64,000 nucleotides of DNA, from assembly GCA_950097015.1 (NCBI GenBank), contig CATNEN010000013.1:1-64000 (forward strand). The letters are read 5' to 3'. A model generated the notes under the pieces. That model ran no database searches. It saw only the letters and a program-made list of their open reading frames with translations, and was not told the DNA's origin. This DNA is from Macrostomum hystrix. Its lineage: Eukaryota > Animalia > Platyhelminthes. Positions 13,401 to 24,983 of this stretch are shown one piece after another. A program made the translations under genes and the position numbers. Positions within the stretch are counted from its first letter, which is position 1. Every line of letters starts with the position of its first letter.

Positions 13401-16400
13401 TCGCTTCTCCAGTCGATCTTTCCGGTCGTCCAAGTTCAGCAAAGTCTCATGCTTGCCCTCCTTGCGCTCGAACAGAGGTGACTTGTGCCAAGTGCTCATC
13501 AGCTTGACAATCTGCTCCACATTCTCCTTGGTGTGCACCACTCGCTTCTGAAGGTCGTGGACCATTTCCTTTACCTCTTCGATGTAAGCCTTGACTACAA
13601 TGCGGAGAGATGCATGAAGCTTTGGGTTTGAATCGTAAATTTTCGTGGATTTTATTATCAAAAGTGAATGCACTAATGGCGATGCTTACTCTCGCCCTTC
13701 CAGTTCAGGCTGGTCTCAGCTTGTTGCAGCTTGGCATCGATTTCGGCCAGCTGGCCCTCAATTAGCGGCATCTCCACCTCGAGCGTGTTCTCGCGCACGT
13801 AGTTGTACCACTGCACCGTCATGTTCAGGTTGATGATGTGCTCACGGAGCATATCGTTCTTAGAGTAGAGGTCCTCGGCCGCCGCCGGCGCCACCTCATT
13901 CGGCTTATTGTCCTCTGGAGCCGTGTCGGAGCGCAGGTGCAGGTACTTCACCTCGCGCAGGACCGCAATAAGCTGCGAGAATTCATTTCGAGTTCAATTG
14001 CTTTCTTGCTCTAATAATATGAGAATTCTTCTGTTTGTCGGGTGAGCAGGCTTGATAGAAAAACTGACTTACCTTGGGGTCAAAATTAACAGCAATTAGC
14101 TTAGTCGCCTGGTCGCGAACAATCAGCGGCTGGCTGAGATTCTCAGCACAGTTCTGGTCCACACCGCTGACCCATTCCTGGAAGGCTCGGCTCTGGAACC
14201 TGTATTGCAGCATAGCAAGTAGTTAGTTGTGTGAAAATTCAAGGTCAAATTGAGCATGATCCTTTCGCTAAACCAACTCACTCGTCCAGAAGCTGCAGCA
14301 GCTGTTCGTACTTCTTCTTGATGAGCTGCGCATCCTCGCTTTCGATTGCCCTGCAATGATTGGTCACAGTAATTATCTAGTGATGCTGTTCAATTGGTTT
14401 CTGTATAGCGCTCAAAACGCAATGTGATAAATGTCTGTTTTATTTAGCATCTACATCAATGTGAACTTTGTAGTACATACAAAAATCACGGCACTCAAAA
14501 AAGTGAAAAAAAAGGAACACTTGGTGATCGTTCTTTGAAACTCGACATTCCGGTTTGAGCAGGCCAAGCTATGTGATTCGGAGCTATTCTGGTATCATGA
14601 TAACATGAGCAATCTGGTGTGAGTTTCCCGCAGCAGACCTCTCCATTAGCCAGTGCTGGCAGTAGCGCACAGGCATGTGAATTTCGCTGGCAGACTGGTC
14701 CAGACTGCAATACAACAGTGCGCGTTGTCAGCTTTCAGAAATGTCCTTACAGCGTGCTAATTTCCGTGGGCTCAGCATGCAATAAGCGGGTCTGGGCTAG
14801 CTTGGTACGAGCGTAAATCAATATTAGGAAATTTGCCTGCCGATTGCAGTTAAACAAATCAATCATGCGCTAATGATTATTATGAATTGTATTCAAGAAG
14901 CTATTGTTAAAGCATCAGACTAGAATCCAGCGTTAGAAAATATGTTTAATTCGGCTAATGGTTAAACAGCTTTGGCTTAGGCTGCCTGTTTGGCTACTCA
15001 CCGCTCCAGGGCACTGAAAGTGGAACAAAATTAAAACAAAATGTTGTGCGCACTGTTTCAAACAAAATATTCTAGGCTCGTAGAATGCATATTTGGGTTG
15101 GGTGCACTGAAGGCGCGTTTGGAAAAACTCACCAGAAAGAAAAAATCAAACAAAAAGTACAAAAATTTACGAGAAAAAGCCATAAAGTTTTTTCCCCTGA
15201 ATTTTGAAATGTCATCTCAGGTGGGATGAAGATTCGACACTTCACGTAGCAAAATTGAAGGCTATTTAGCTTGATATAGTACATCGGATTTTGGTACTGA
15301 CCCTCTAATGAAAAAGGTAATTAAAGGTATTTAGGCGAGAAAATGCAGCAAAACAAGCAAACAAATATAAGCCATTGATTCTCTATCAAATAACAAGCAG
15401 ATAGCTGTAGCTCTTACTTAACGTAGTCACATTTGCAGTTCCTGAATAATATATAGACAGTTTATTCAATATGACCTTGGCTCAATATTTGTTTGGTTAG
15501 CAAACAAAAAAGGTCACTTAATTAAGAACTTAATTAATTATTACTGTTTGACATGACGGAGAAAGTTTAGCTGCCCAGTCCAATGCAAATATTTACTCAC
15601 GGGTGCTCAACATGCTTCAGATTGTCCATGGGAGCCGTGATTCGCTGTCTGAGCTCGACAGCCCACTTCAGCCGGCCCGTGACCTGCGGCACATTCTTGT
15701 GCACCGTGGCAAAGCCCGTCTCCTCGATGCGCTTGATCTGCCAGTCGTAGATCTCCTTGGCGTTGTCCATCTCCTTGTCCAGCATCTTGATTAGCAGCGG
15801 GTACTTCTGATCGAACTCGGCCTTGATCAGCGGCCGCTCAACCAGAGTCGAGAGAATGTCGATCAGCTGAAATTTTTCAAACATTCCATTCGAATCAGCA
15901 ATAGAAACGAAGATGCCTACTCACATCAGTAGTGTTCATCAAATCGAGTTTCAATTTTTAACGAGATTCGAAAGAAACAAACTCAAGACAGTGCATCCTT
16001 GCCGCTGCGACTCACCCTGAAGGCTGACTCTGGCCCTGAGCAGTCGTCAAAGGCCTGGCACACTATGGAGGCCAACCGTCTGTCGGTGTCCACAATCTGC
16101 TGGTGGAAGTGGTTGTAGTCGTCTAGGAACTCCTTGTTTAGAGGGTCCAGGACGTCGTAAGTCTTGTCACTGAACACCTTGTAGTGATTGTTGAACTCCT
16201 CGAAGATGTCTACAGTCAGCTTGCTGAGGCCACGGCCCTTCATGCCGCCATACTCGACCTTCTCGAGCTTCAGGAACTCGACCGCTGTGTCCATGATGTC
16301 GGCGACCATTGTGACGCGCTCCACAAAGGCGTCGTAGCGGGCAAACACCAGCGTGTTGGCAAAGTCCCACTCCATCGGCTCTCCCTCCTTGAAGTACTCC

Positions 16401-18166
16401 TTCACTTTTCCTCTGTACTCCTCGAATGTGTTCTTGAAAGTGCGCAGAATTGTCAGGGCCTTCTTAACTTTGTTGACCGTCTCTTCGACTTCACCTTTGA
16501 AGACTTCGCTCGGGTCCAGGAAATCACGACACTGGGAAGAGTTAAGTTATTTAGATCGTTTAAATTTAATACAAATTCGAGTATGACTCATGAGGAAAAA
16601 ATCTACATAGCCATGGTGTTCGTACTTAATACTCGTCGCTATTCATCCATTCCCTTACCGTCTTGATGAAGAGGTTGCAGATCTCCTGCAGCAGGACGAT
16701 AATTCTGGCCGGCACGCGGTAGTAGCGGCTGTTGGCCCAGATCAGGCACAGCACGTGGAACACCGGCCCAATCTGCTTCTGGCATTCGTCGAATTCCGCC
16801 TGCTCCAGGTCGGACAGGAAGTCGTTCAGTGGCTTCAGGTGCAGGCTAATATCCTGGGCCTCGTGAAGGGCCGCCACCACGCTGCGGAACATGTCTTTGA
16901 ATGGCGGCGAGTACGAGCTGCTGACGGCCTCCAGGATGTGGCCCATCTTCTGCACTTTGCTGCTTGTCAGCTTGAATTTAGTAAACAGAAAGGCTTATGG
17001 TCGCTTCAACTCACGAATGCTTCGTGAAAGCAATTCAGAAGCAGAAAAAAAGTTTACCCACCTGCTCGTACACATACTCCAGATTCGAGGACTTCCTGCT
17101 CCAGAAGTTGATCTCCGTAGCCGGCAGGGGATTCTTTCCCTCCAGCAGCTCCTGCGCCGAGTCCTTTTTCAGGATCTCGTGAATCTGGTGTGTCCACTCG
17201 ATCACCACCGTCTCGATGGCGTAGATCAAACTCCAGTCAATCTCTGACGCGGCCTTTGGTAGCCTGGAGGAAAGTAAGCAAAGTAAAGCATTCTAAGTAT
17301 ACTTGCATCTTGCCTAGATACCAACGATTCAATAACTTACTCTATATCGGCCTCTGGCTCGCCTTCCTCAGTAGGTGGGCCGGATTTTTTCAGCTTTTCG
17401 TTCACTTCGTCAATCTTTTCTCCTCCAACAGGCATTGGAAGGTGCGTCTTTCCTTGAGAATGGCCAAGAATCACTTCAGTGTGCTGTTTTAGCTGATGAA
17501 TCTGCTTGATGATGTCTTGCGAGACAACATAGGGCCAGGCTCCGTTGTTTTTCTCGTTTGAAAGCACTGGGAGGAGAACCTGAGGGTGTCACGCCGGTGA
17601 TAGTAAATATTTTAGAATACTGATGCTTGATAAAAGTGTTGAATACATTTAAACACGAAGGCAAAATTTTTTCGAGACTTGGAGCTTTATGAGTAAAAAT
17701 ATTGTTTTACGTCAGCAAGAACAAATAAAAAGCAAAAAATTAAATAGGCACAATACAGGATGGTGTTCTTTTTTTAAAGTAAAGATTTTTTTTTACTAAG
17801 TCTTACCTCATCAACAAAGCCAGCGAACTGGTCAAGTGGATTGTATGACAAATCGCCATAAGTCAGAACTTTCGCCATTTGAGCATCCTTTCCGATGGCT
17901 TCCTTTCCTTTCCTGAAGAAGAAGCAGCCTTTTGACTTGAGGAGGTTTGGGGTGCTGTATTGCGCTTGCAGTGCTCCCGAAGGAGTGGAGATAATAAAAA
18001 GCTGCATGTTGTCGTTCTTGTCCAAAAAGTCGTGGATTATGATGCGCTGATCCTCTAATTGATACATTTTCTGCCACCGGTCTCCCTTAGCCATACGTAG
18101 TGTTTTTAACACATAGTCAGCCAAGAACAAGACTCGTTTGTCTTCTATTTCAAGTTCACTCGCCAT
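1449..18166 (-). CDS. DNAH9: Axonemal outer-arm dynein heavy chain, beta type (DNAH9/11/17 family), full length, about 4500 aa, 14 exons, numerous indels
   Basis: Exons traced by GT-AG sites and phase: 18166-17807, 17579-17341, 17263-17062, 16970-16659, 16531-16016, 15866-15601, 14350-14282, 14199-14073, 13972-13690, 13594-10314, 10219-9913, 9824-8402, 7783-7067, 6874-1449 (sum about 13.5 kb). P-loops: GPAGTGKT (split by the 10220-10313 intron), GNAGTGKS (about 9290), GGAGTGKS (about 7690), GVGGSGKQ (about 6450). Also CFDEFNRI, and the C-terminus [41 protein letters not shown] typical of beta HCs. The symbol denotes the family; an invertebrate gene is co-orthologous to DNAH9/11/17. Confidence 0.95.
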
Positions 18167-19346
18167 GTTTCACACTTGCTGGATAAAGGTGAAACGGCGA
18201 AAAGATGAGCAAAACTCCGAGTTTCGACTCGCAAAATTGTTTGGTTATGCGACTTTGAAAAATCGTAATATCTATAACAACACCATTGACAGCAAATGTT
18301 AAAACAAAACTGAATAGTTTGTTTTAAAAAATGTGGTCCTACATGCTATGGGCACAATTTTCGGAGAAACAAAACAAATTTTATAATTTTATAATTACTT
18401 AAGACTTATAATAAACTATCCGATTTCAACGATTGATTGCCTTTGACAACGAGAATTGTGTAGTGTTGAGTTGAACTACAGCCTAGTAATGAAAAGTTCT
18501 ATTTTAAGCATAAGTCCTTAAGTGCTGTCTGACCTTATTTCAAAGTTTCAGTAAGCGTTGCACGGTGCTCTGGCTTGTATATGTATGTCAATCTGTTCAG
18601 GAATATAAAATATTCCTGCAGGCACAGTGGCTTGTGATACCTATCTTTATATATTTGTACTCACTTGTAGTGGTACTTAAATTAATAACATTTACAGTAT
18701 GAATTTTATTAGCTTAAGCCTTCTGGCCCTGGTTTATATATATTGTCAAGAGACTATAAAAATATATGGAGCAGGTATGTTTGTCTTCATTTTTATAAAT
18801 ATTTATAGATTTTTTTAATTCTATCACTAGCTAGCTTTTGTCATTTGTCATTGTACTTAAAATCTGAACTCTGTCACGGTGACTGCACTGACTAGGCCAC
18901 TGTGCGACCATAATTTAGTTTGAAGACCTTGCCTATTTGCCTCTTTAGTATCAGATTCATAATGAAAGAAGAGGTAATATTTAGTTTAATTAAATAAAAT
19001 TAAATATCTTCAAATGTATTTATTTAGGCCTACTACTTTACCATTTAATATTTAATACCAGCTAGGCCTATAGGAAATTTACATATGTATAGCCTATAAC
19101 CTGCAGTCCAAAGGAAGTAAAGCACCAGCTTATGATAAAAAGTATTTTTATAACCACTTCTCTATTCAACATTTGCCAAAATGGTCATTTGAATTTCTAC
19201 ATGTTTGTCTACTTTGATAATCTAGAAAGGCTCATATTGGCGATCTTTCGGTTTCCTGCTCTAAATTATTTAAACTCTTTTTTTCTAACTTTTCAAAGTT
19301 GTTCAGGTAAAGTTCAAGGTAAGTAAAATATTATGTTAATTATTAA

Positions 19347-20596
19347 TTAGACTGGATAGTAGTGGGTGATTCAGTATCTCTAGGATGTTGCTAAAGTGAT
19401 GTTCAGGGAAAGCTTGATGCCACATGAACTCCTGCAGGTAAGTTTCAAACAGGTTGTCGCTTGTTCCATGCATCGCTCAAAATTTGGCTTTACAATTCCC
19501 CCACATTCCCTCAACAGTATTTGTGTGAGCTGCTGGGTTGTTAGGGTCCCAGAAGTGCAATGACAGTCAGGTGATTGGCCAATGTGTTATAGGCAGCCCA
19601 TTGGTCCATAATTATGCTTGTTCCTGAGAGCATGGTCTGGCTGATTATGGGCATAAGGCTGTTGGCTGAGCAATTGGGAACAACAGCCAATGAGCACATA
19701 ACATGCGCAACCTCCCAAATCTTAGCTGGCCATGCGACTTAGTTTTTGCTCTATTCACAACTTAGTTTGCTCTCATTTGCGACTTAGTTCGTTTCATTGC
19801 TCTATTTACGACTTAGTTTGCTCTCATTTGCTCTCTTTTTCTCTCCCCTTTTTCCTTTTCTTCATGCCTTCCTTTTTTGTCCCTTGGTCCCCCCTTTGAT
19901 TTTTTTGCGCTTGGTCAATTGGTTTTTGCGTCTTACCTTGATTGGCCCTCGTTTCACCCAGCTGGTTCAGCCGGGTCGGCTGGGTGTTGCGCATGTATGA
20001 ATGAGCAGCAACCTGTACCTCTCTCAACCATTCCAAGCACCAATGACCTTCGTGGTACTGGCCCTGATGGTACTTGTGGTGTATAAATTTGGACTCATCA
20101 ATTCATCAACTCATCAACCACCCAGCTACATTGGATGATCCAGCAGGTACATGGCGCAAATGTTGCGGATGAAATTCAGCCAATCTACCACAGTTTCACA
20201 TCCGATTTGCACCTCTGTCCTAATGTCTTCAGCCCTCAAGATCTTTGACCAGAAATAGATGATGTCGATAATCTGGATCAGTGACAGATGGCTCCCTTCA
20301 AAAAAGGAGCCTTTTCGAATTGAATGGTGCCTCTTGCACTGCTTGCAGGACCAGCGCCAGCCATCGATGGAGTCCTCACCAAGATGTCACTGAAGTGACA
20401 TAGCAATGTCACAGGTCTCGCAATTCTTGCTAGTCGCAAGCAGGTGGTGCCTCGCCATCCAACGCATCGCCTCATCAAAATTGGGCACCAATGCAACTAG
20501 TCCTCGATGTTTGACATCAATGTCACACAGAACTATGCTGTTGAGGACTTTGGCGACTGGGACAATGGTCTGTGGCGCAGGAGGTCGACCAGCCAT
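19347..20596 (-). pseudogene. Merlin/ISXO2-like DDE transposase pseudogene (stops, frameshifts, nested insertion)
   Basis: Manual translation gives CETC...WRWSCKQCKRHHSIRKGSFFEGSHLSL...ETVVDWLNFIRNIC...LGG...IDESKFIHHKYHQGQYHEGHW.LGMVERGTG [insertion] CSLAVVPNCSANSLMPII...GTSIIMDQWAAYNTL...HTNTVEGMW...HGTSDNLFETYLQEFMW. There are in-frame stops near 20388 and 20127. Length is about 315 codons once the insertion is removed. Confidence 0.85.
19697..19999. mobile_element. 303-bp non-autonomous TIR element (MITE, hAT-like ends) inserted in the Merlin transposase
   Basis: Ends CATAACATGCGCAAC...GTTGCGCATGTATG form an inverted repeat with a 1-nt indel. Exact 8-bp direct repeats AATGAGCA flank it (19689-19696 and 20000-20007). 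Removing the element plus one TSD rejoins ERGTGC-CSLAVVPN in frame. Short internal GACTTAGTTTGCTCTCATTT repeats are present. Confidence 0.8.
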
Positions 20597-21477
20597 TCTG
20601 GCAGTAGCTGAAAAGTAAAAAAAAGTGTTAAAAAATGTAGAGCTGGAAACCGAAAGATCGCCCTCATATTAGCTTCACATTTTGCCCCCTTTTTACTCTA
20701 TCATTGTTCTATCATACATTAGCTTCTAAGCTACCAATAATGAAATTGTTATCTATAGACTGTTAGTCAACATTATTTTGCAAACAGATCTATTTGCTGT
20801 TATTCAAAGAAAAATAATGCTTTATTTGTCAACTGTGAAATTTAGTTTAATGGACTAAATAAATTTTAACAATGGGTTGAAAATTGTTTATAAACATAGC
20901 ATATAGCTACTAATTTTGTTAATAAACAAAATTTCTACTCAATGGCTTGCATTTTATAGAGTTCTGTCTCTCTTTTATGTTTGCTTTCCTTTTTTCAATC
21001 TTTTTATTTGTTTGTATGGGTTATATTTAGTGTGTTATCTAATATGTTTTGGATTTGCCATTAATCTATATTTTTTGTTTAGGCAGGAAAAAACTGTTTT
21101 GTACACATGATTTAATTTTAAATAATACTAAAATTACACACTATTATTGACTTATAGAGTTTAATATAGCAGCTTGGCCTATATAGCTTAAATCAAGTTT
21201 TTACAAGTGATGGATTGGATAGCTTTTTGCTTAATGTAACTATTAAGAAGAATCTGTTTAAAATTCGACTGAAAGTATCATTATTTATTTGAGTTTGTAA
21301 TATTTGCTTTCATTTGTACTAGAATAGCATTATAGTTTTCATTTCAATGGCATTATTGATATGACAAATATTATATTCCACCAAATTTCAGAGACCTGAC
21401 TAGCTGCTATCTGCATTTTCATCAAATTCAAATCTCACTTCTCTGCTAAAGCTGTAAATTTAAATCAGCATTGTAAA

Positions 21478-23776
21478 ATGTCCAGCTCCGCCTCGCCTCC
21501 CCGTCACTTCGTCCCCGGCCCACTGATTGAGCGGCAGTTGCGCCGCCTGGCCCAGCACGAGTACAGCGCCTCAGGCAGCTCCCTGATGGAGTTCATCATG
21601 CAGCCATTCTGGCGCCACTTGCTCAGCCTTGTACCAATGTGGGCTGCGCCAAATGCGCTGACTCTAACCGGATTGGCGCTCAATGCTAGCAGCGCCGGCC
21701 TCTTGCTGTGGTACTGCCCGGAGGCCAGGCAGAGCCCTCCAGCTTGGCTCTGTGTCTACGCCGCCGTGGCTCTGTTCAGCTACCAGACATTGGATGCGCT
21801 TGACGGCAAACAGGCTAGGAGGTAATTGCTAATGACAATGCGAATTCCTTAACCATAAGTATGATCTCTATGATCACCTTTAGATTCCCTCTGACCTCCA
21901 GAATAATAATACTCGTAATATAATATTTGCAGGAGGGTTGCGGACAATGGCACATAATTTCGTGACAGTTGACCCGCAGCCAGCGAGGAGGCAATTCTGC
22001 CCATTCCACTGAGTCCTGACCACACACGCACACAGATACTGTACGCAGGCACTCGCTCACACATGTGTGTACATCTGCCCTGACTTTCTCATCGTCAGAC
22101 AGTGTACACGTTCGCAGTGGCTTGGAGGTTGGCCCTCAAGTGTGTCAATTGCAAGACAAGCCCCCAAGCCTTCTCTCCGCGGCTGCGCCATAAATGAATG
22201 CGGCCTCGCCGCGGAATCGAGCTCAGGGACCTTGGTGCGTGAGGCAAACGCGTTAAACGCTCTGCCACCAACCCCCTGACTTCCAGAATCTCCTTCATCA
22301 CCTTGAGATTCTCTCTCTCCAGAATCTCCTTAAGCATTTTGTGGATTAAAAAATACAGAACATCTAGTCTCAGAGCATCTTGGGCCTTAAAATTAGCTCT
22401 CGGAAATAAACTTATACAGGACCAACACCGCTAATCCATTGGGCGAGCTCTTCGACCATGGCTGCGACGCGGCCAACACGCTGTTACTGTGCGTGTGTGT
22501 CTGCATCTCGGCTGGCTTTGGTCACGAGCCGCATCTGCTATTATTTATGGTCGGAGCACCGCAGACTGTGTTCTTTATGGCTCACTGGGTCGGCTACAAC
22601 ACTGGCCGGCTGCAATTCGGCTATGTTGACGTCACCGAAGCTCAGGCTGCAGCCATTGCTGTGTTTATAGTCACCGCCTGGGTGGGTATTGATATCTGGG
22701 CAGTGCAGCCGGCTGCCAACCTGCTGCCTTGGTTGCGAGTGCGACACTGCTTGGTAGGAGAATTTCCAGTGTTTTATTACCTCAGACGCTCATGAAATTC
22801 CCGCATTCCTCAGATGCTCAGGGTGAAATTCCCGCATTCCTCAGATGCTCAGGGTGAAATTCACGCATTCCTCAGATGCTCAGGGTGAAATACACGCATT
22901 CCTCAGATGCTCAGGGTGAAATTCCCGCATTCCTCAGATGCTCAGGGTGAAATTCCCGCATTCCTCAGATGCTCAGGGTGAAATTCACGCATTCCTCAGA
23001 TGCTCAGTGTGACACTCATTCCTCAGATGCTCAGGGTGAAATACACACATTCCTCAGATGCTCAGGGTGAAATTCCCACATTCCTCAGATGCTCAGGGTG
23101 AAATACACACATTCCTCAGATGCTCAGGGTGAAATTCCCACATTCCTCAGATGCTCAGGGTGAAATTCCCGCATTCCTCAGATGCTCAGGGTGAAATTCC
23201 CGCATTCCTCAGATGCTCAGGGTGAAATACACACATTCCTCATAATGAGCACCTAAATGAGCATACTGAATTAATCTCGGCACACGTCTCACATCCTGTC
23301 AACAGCCAATCTTCACCGTGGTCGCCTCAGTTCCGCTCCTTATCCGCCTGTCGGTCTCCCTGCTTAGTCCCGCCGGTCGTCGCAGCGTTGCCGGCACTAG
23401 CCGCCTTGGTCCCGGCCTGTGCTGGTCGGCGCTAGCCATGCTGATCGGCTTGTCCGCCGGAGTGGCCGTTCTTAACGGTGCCCTGTATCGCCGACCCTGC
23501 CTGCTAGCTATCGCCCTAGGCCTGCCGGCTGTCAAGACTTGCCAACGTTTAATAGTCGCTCAGATGACCCGCTCGGCGATTCGTACCCTCGACCTAGGCC
23601 TAATCTGGCCTGTTCTACTAGCCGGCGGACTGCGTTTCGGATCTCTGATTGGTTTGGACGAAGGTCTGGCCGTGTGGATTGTCATCACTGGCGCCGCTGT
23701 CGATTGCCTAATTTATTCTAGCCGGGTTTGCAGGCAAATCGCCGCTTACCTTGGCATTCGAGTGCTGCGTATTTGA
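21478..23776 (+). CDS. CEPT1: Choline/ethanolamine phosphotransferase (CDP-alcohol phosphotransferase), 3 exons, about 382 aa
   Basis: Exons 21478-21821, 22420-22753 and 23306-23776 have compatible phases. The spliced motif [26 protein letters not shown] is the CDP-alcohol phosphotransferase signature. N-terminal HEYSASGSSL...PFWRHL...WAAPNALTLTG and C-terminal VCRQIAAYLGIRVLRI match the CEPT1/CHPT1 family. Confidence 0.92.
21905..22275 (-). mobile_element. tRNA-derived SINE, copy 1 (CEPT intron 1)
   Basis: The minus-strand head GGGGTTGGTGGCAGAGCGTTTAACGCG...GAGCTCGATTCCG has Pol III A-box-like and B-box-like motifs. About 370 bp is homologous to 43591-43960. It has an ATT-rich tail and a possible 14-bp TSD CTGAC(C/T)TCCAGAAT (21891-21904 and 22276-22289). 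Confidence 0.75.
22781..23242. repeat. 31-bp minisatellite, about 14-15 copies (CEPT intron 2)
   Basis: Unit GAAATTCCCGCATTCCTCAGATGCTCAGGGT. Confidence 0.95.
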
Positions 23777-23914
23777 GTCGCATTGTTCGGCTTCTATTTA
23801 CTGAAACTTCAGTATTTGAGATTCTCTTTCACTTGAACTTCTTAGTTTTTATTAGTTTTGAAATTTGCTTTTTTCTATGTTTCTTTAGTACGAGCACATA
23901 ATTTGTCTGTCCTA

Positions 23915-24983
23915 GACAACTGTACTAGATGGATTGTGAGGTGGACACCTGTACTAGATGGATTGTGAGTTGGACACCTGTACTAGATGGATTGTGAGGT
24001 GGACACCTGTACTAGATGGATTGTGAGTTGGACACCTGTACTAGATGGATTGTGAGGTGGACACCTGTCCTAGATGGATTGTGAGTTGGACACCTGTCCT
24101 AGATGGATTGTGAGGTGGACACCTGTACTATATGGATTGTGAGGTGGACATCTGTACTAGATGGATTGTGAGTTGGACACCTGTACTAGATGGATTGTGA
24201 GGTGGACACCTGTACTAGATGGATTGTGAGGTGGACACCTGTACTAGATGGATTGTGAGGTGGACACCTGTACTAGATGGATTGTGAGGTGGACACCTGT
24301 ACTAGATGGATTGTGAGGTGGACACCTGTACTAGATGGATTGTGAGGTGGACACCTGTACTAGATGGATTGTGAGGTGGACACCTGTCCTAGATGGATTG
24401 TGAGTTGGACACCTGTCCTAGATGGATTGTGAGGTGGACACCTGTACTATATGGATTGTGAGGTGGACATCTGTACTAGATGGATTGTGAGTTGGACACC
24501 TGTACTAGATGGATTGTGAGGTGGACACCTGTACTAGATGGATTGTGAGGTGGACACCTGTACTAGATGGATTGTGAGGTGGACACCTGTACTAGATGGA
24601 TTGTGAGGTGGACACCTGTACTAGATGGATTGTGAGGTGGACACCTGTACTAGATGGATTGTGAGGTGGACACCTGTACTAGATGGATTGTGAGTCGGAC
24701 ACCTGTCCTAGATGGATTGTGAGGTGGACACCTGTACTAGATGGATTGTGAGGTGGACACCTGTACTAGATGGATTGTGAGGATGACACCTGTCCTAGAT
24801 GGATTGTGAGGTGGACACCTGTCCTAGATGGATTATGAGGTGGACACCTGTACTAGATGGATTGTGAGGTGGACACCTGTCCTAGATGGATTGTGAGGTG
24901 GACACCTGTACTAGATGGATTGTGAGGATGCCACCTGTCCTAGATGGATTGTGAGGTGGACACCTGTCCTAGATGGATTGTGA
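23915..24983. repeat. 29-bp minisatellite, about 37 copies
   Basis: Unit CCTGTACTAGATGGATTGTGAGGTGGACA, head-to-tail with no spacers. Confidence 0.97.

Larger units (their letters stand above)
19239..20662 (-). mobile_element. Merlin-superfamily (IS1016/IS1595-related) DNA transposon, decayed
   Basis: 29-bp TIRs GGCGATCTTTCGGTTTCC(T/A)GCTCTA(A/C)ATT at 19239 and ending at 20662, with an exact 8-bp TSD CTCATATT (19231-19238 and 20663-20670). The interior carries ISXO2/Merlin-type transposase remnants. Confidence 0.9.

Noticed and set aside
15918-15945. Second dynein microexon suggested by a GTGAGT donor-like site
   Set aside because: No upstream AG or pyrimidine tract defines an exon.
19239-20662. 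Bacterial IS1595 contamination or recent horizontal transfer
   Set aside because: The element is decayed, has a TSD in AT-rich host DNA and carries a nested eukaryotic-style MITE, consistent with a resident Merlin.
23915-24983. CRISPR-like appearance of the 29-, 31- and 32-bp repeats (also 22781-23242 and 25486-26335)
   Set aside because: Units are head-to-tail with no unique spacers, there are no cas genes, and the context is a spliced eukaryotic genome.
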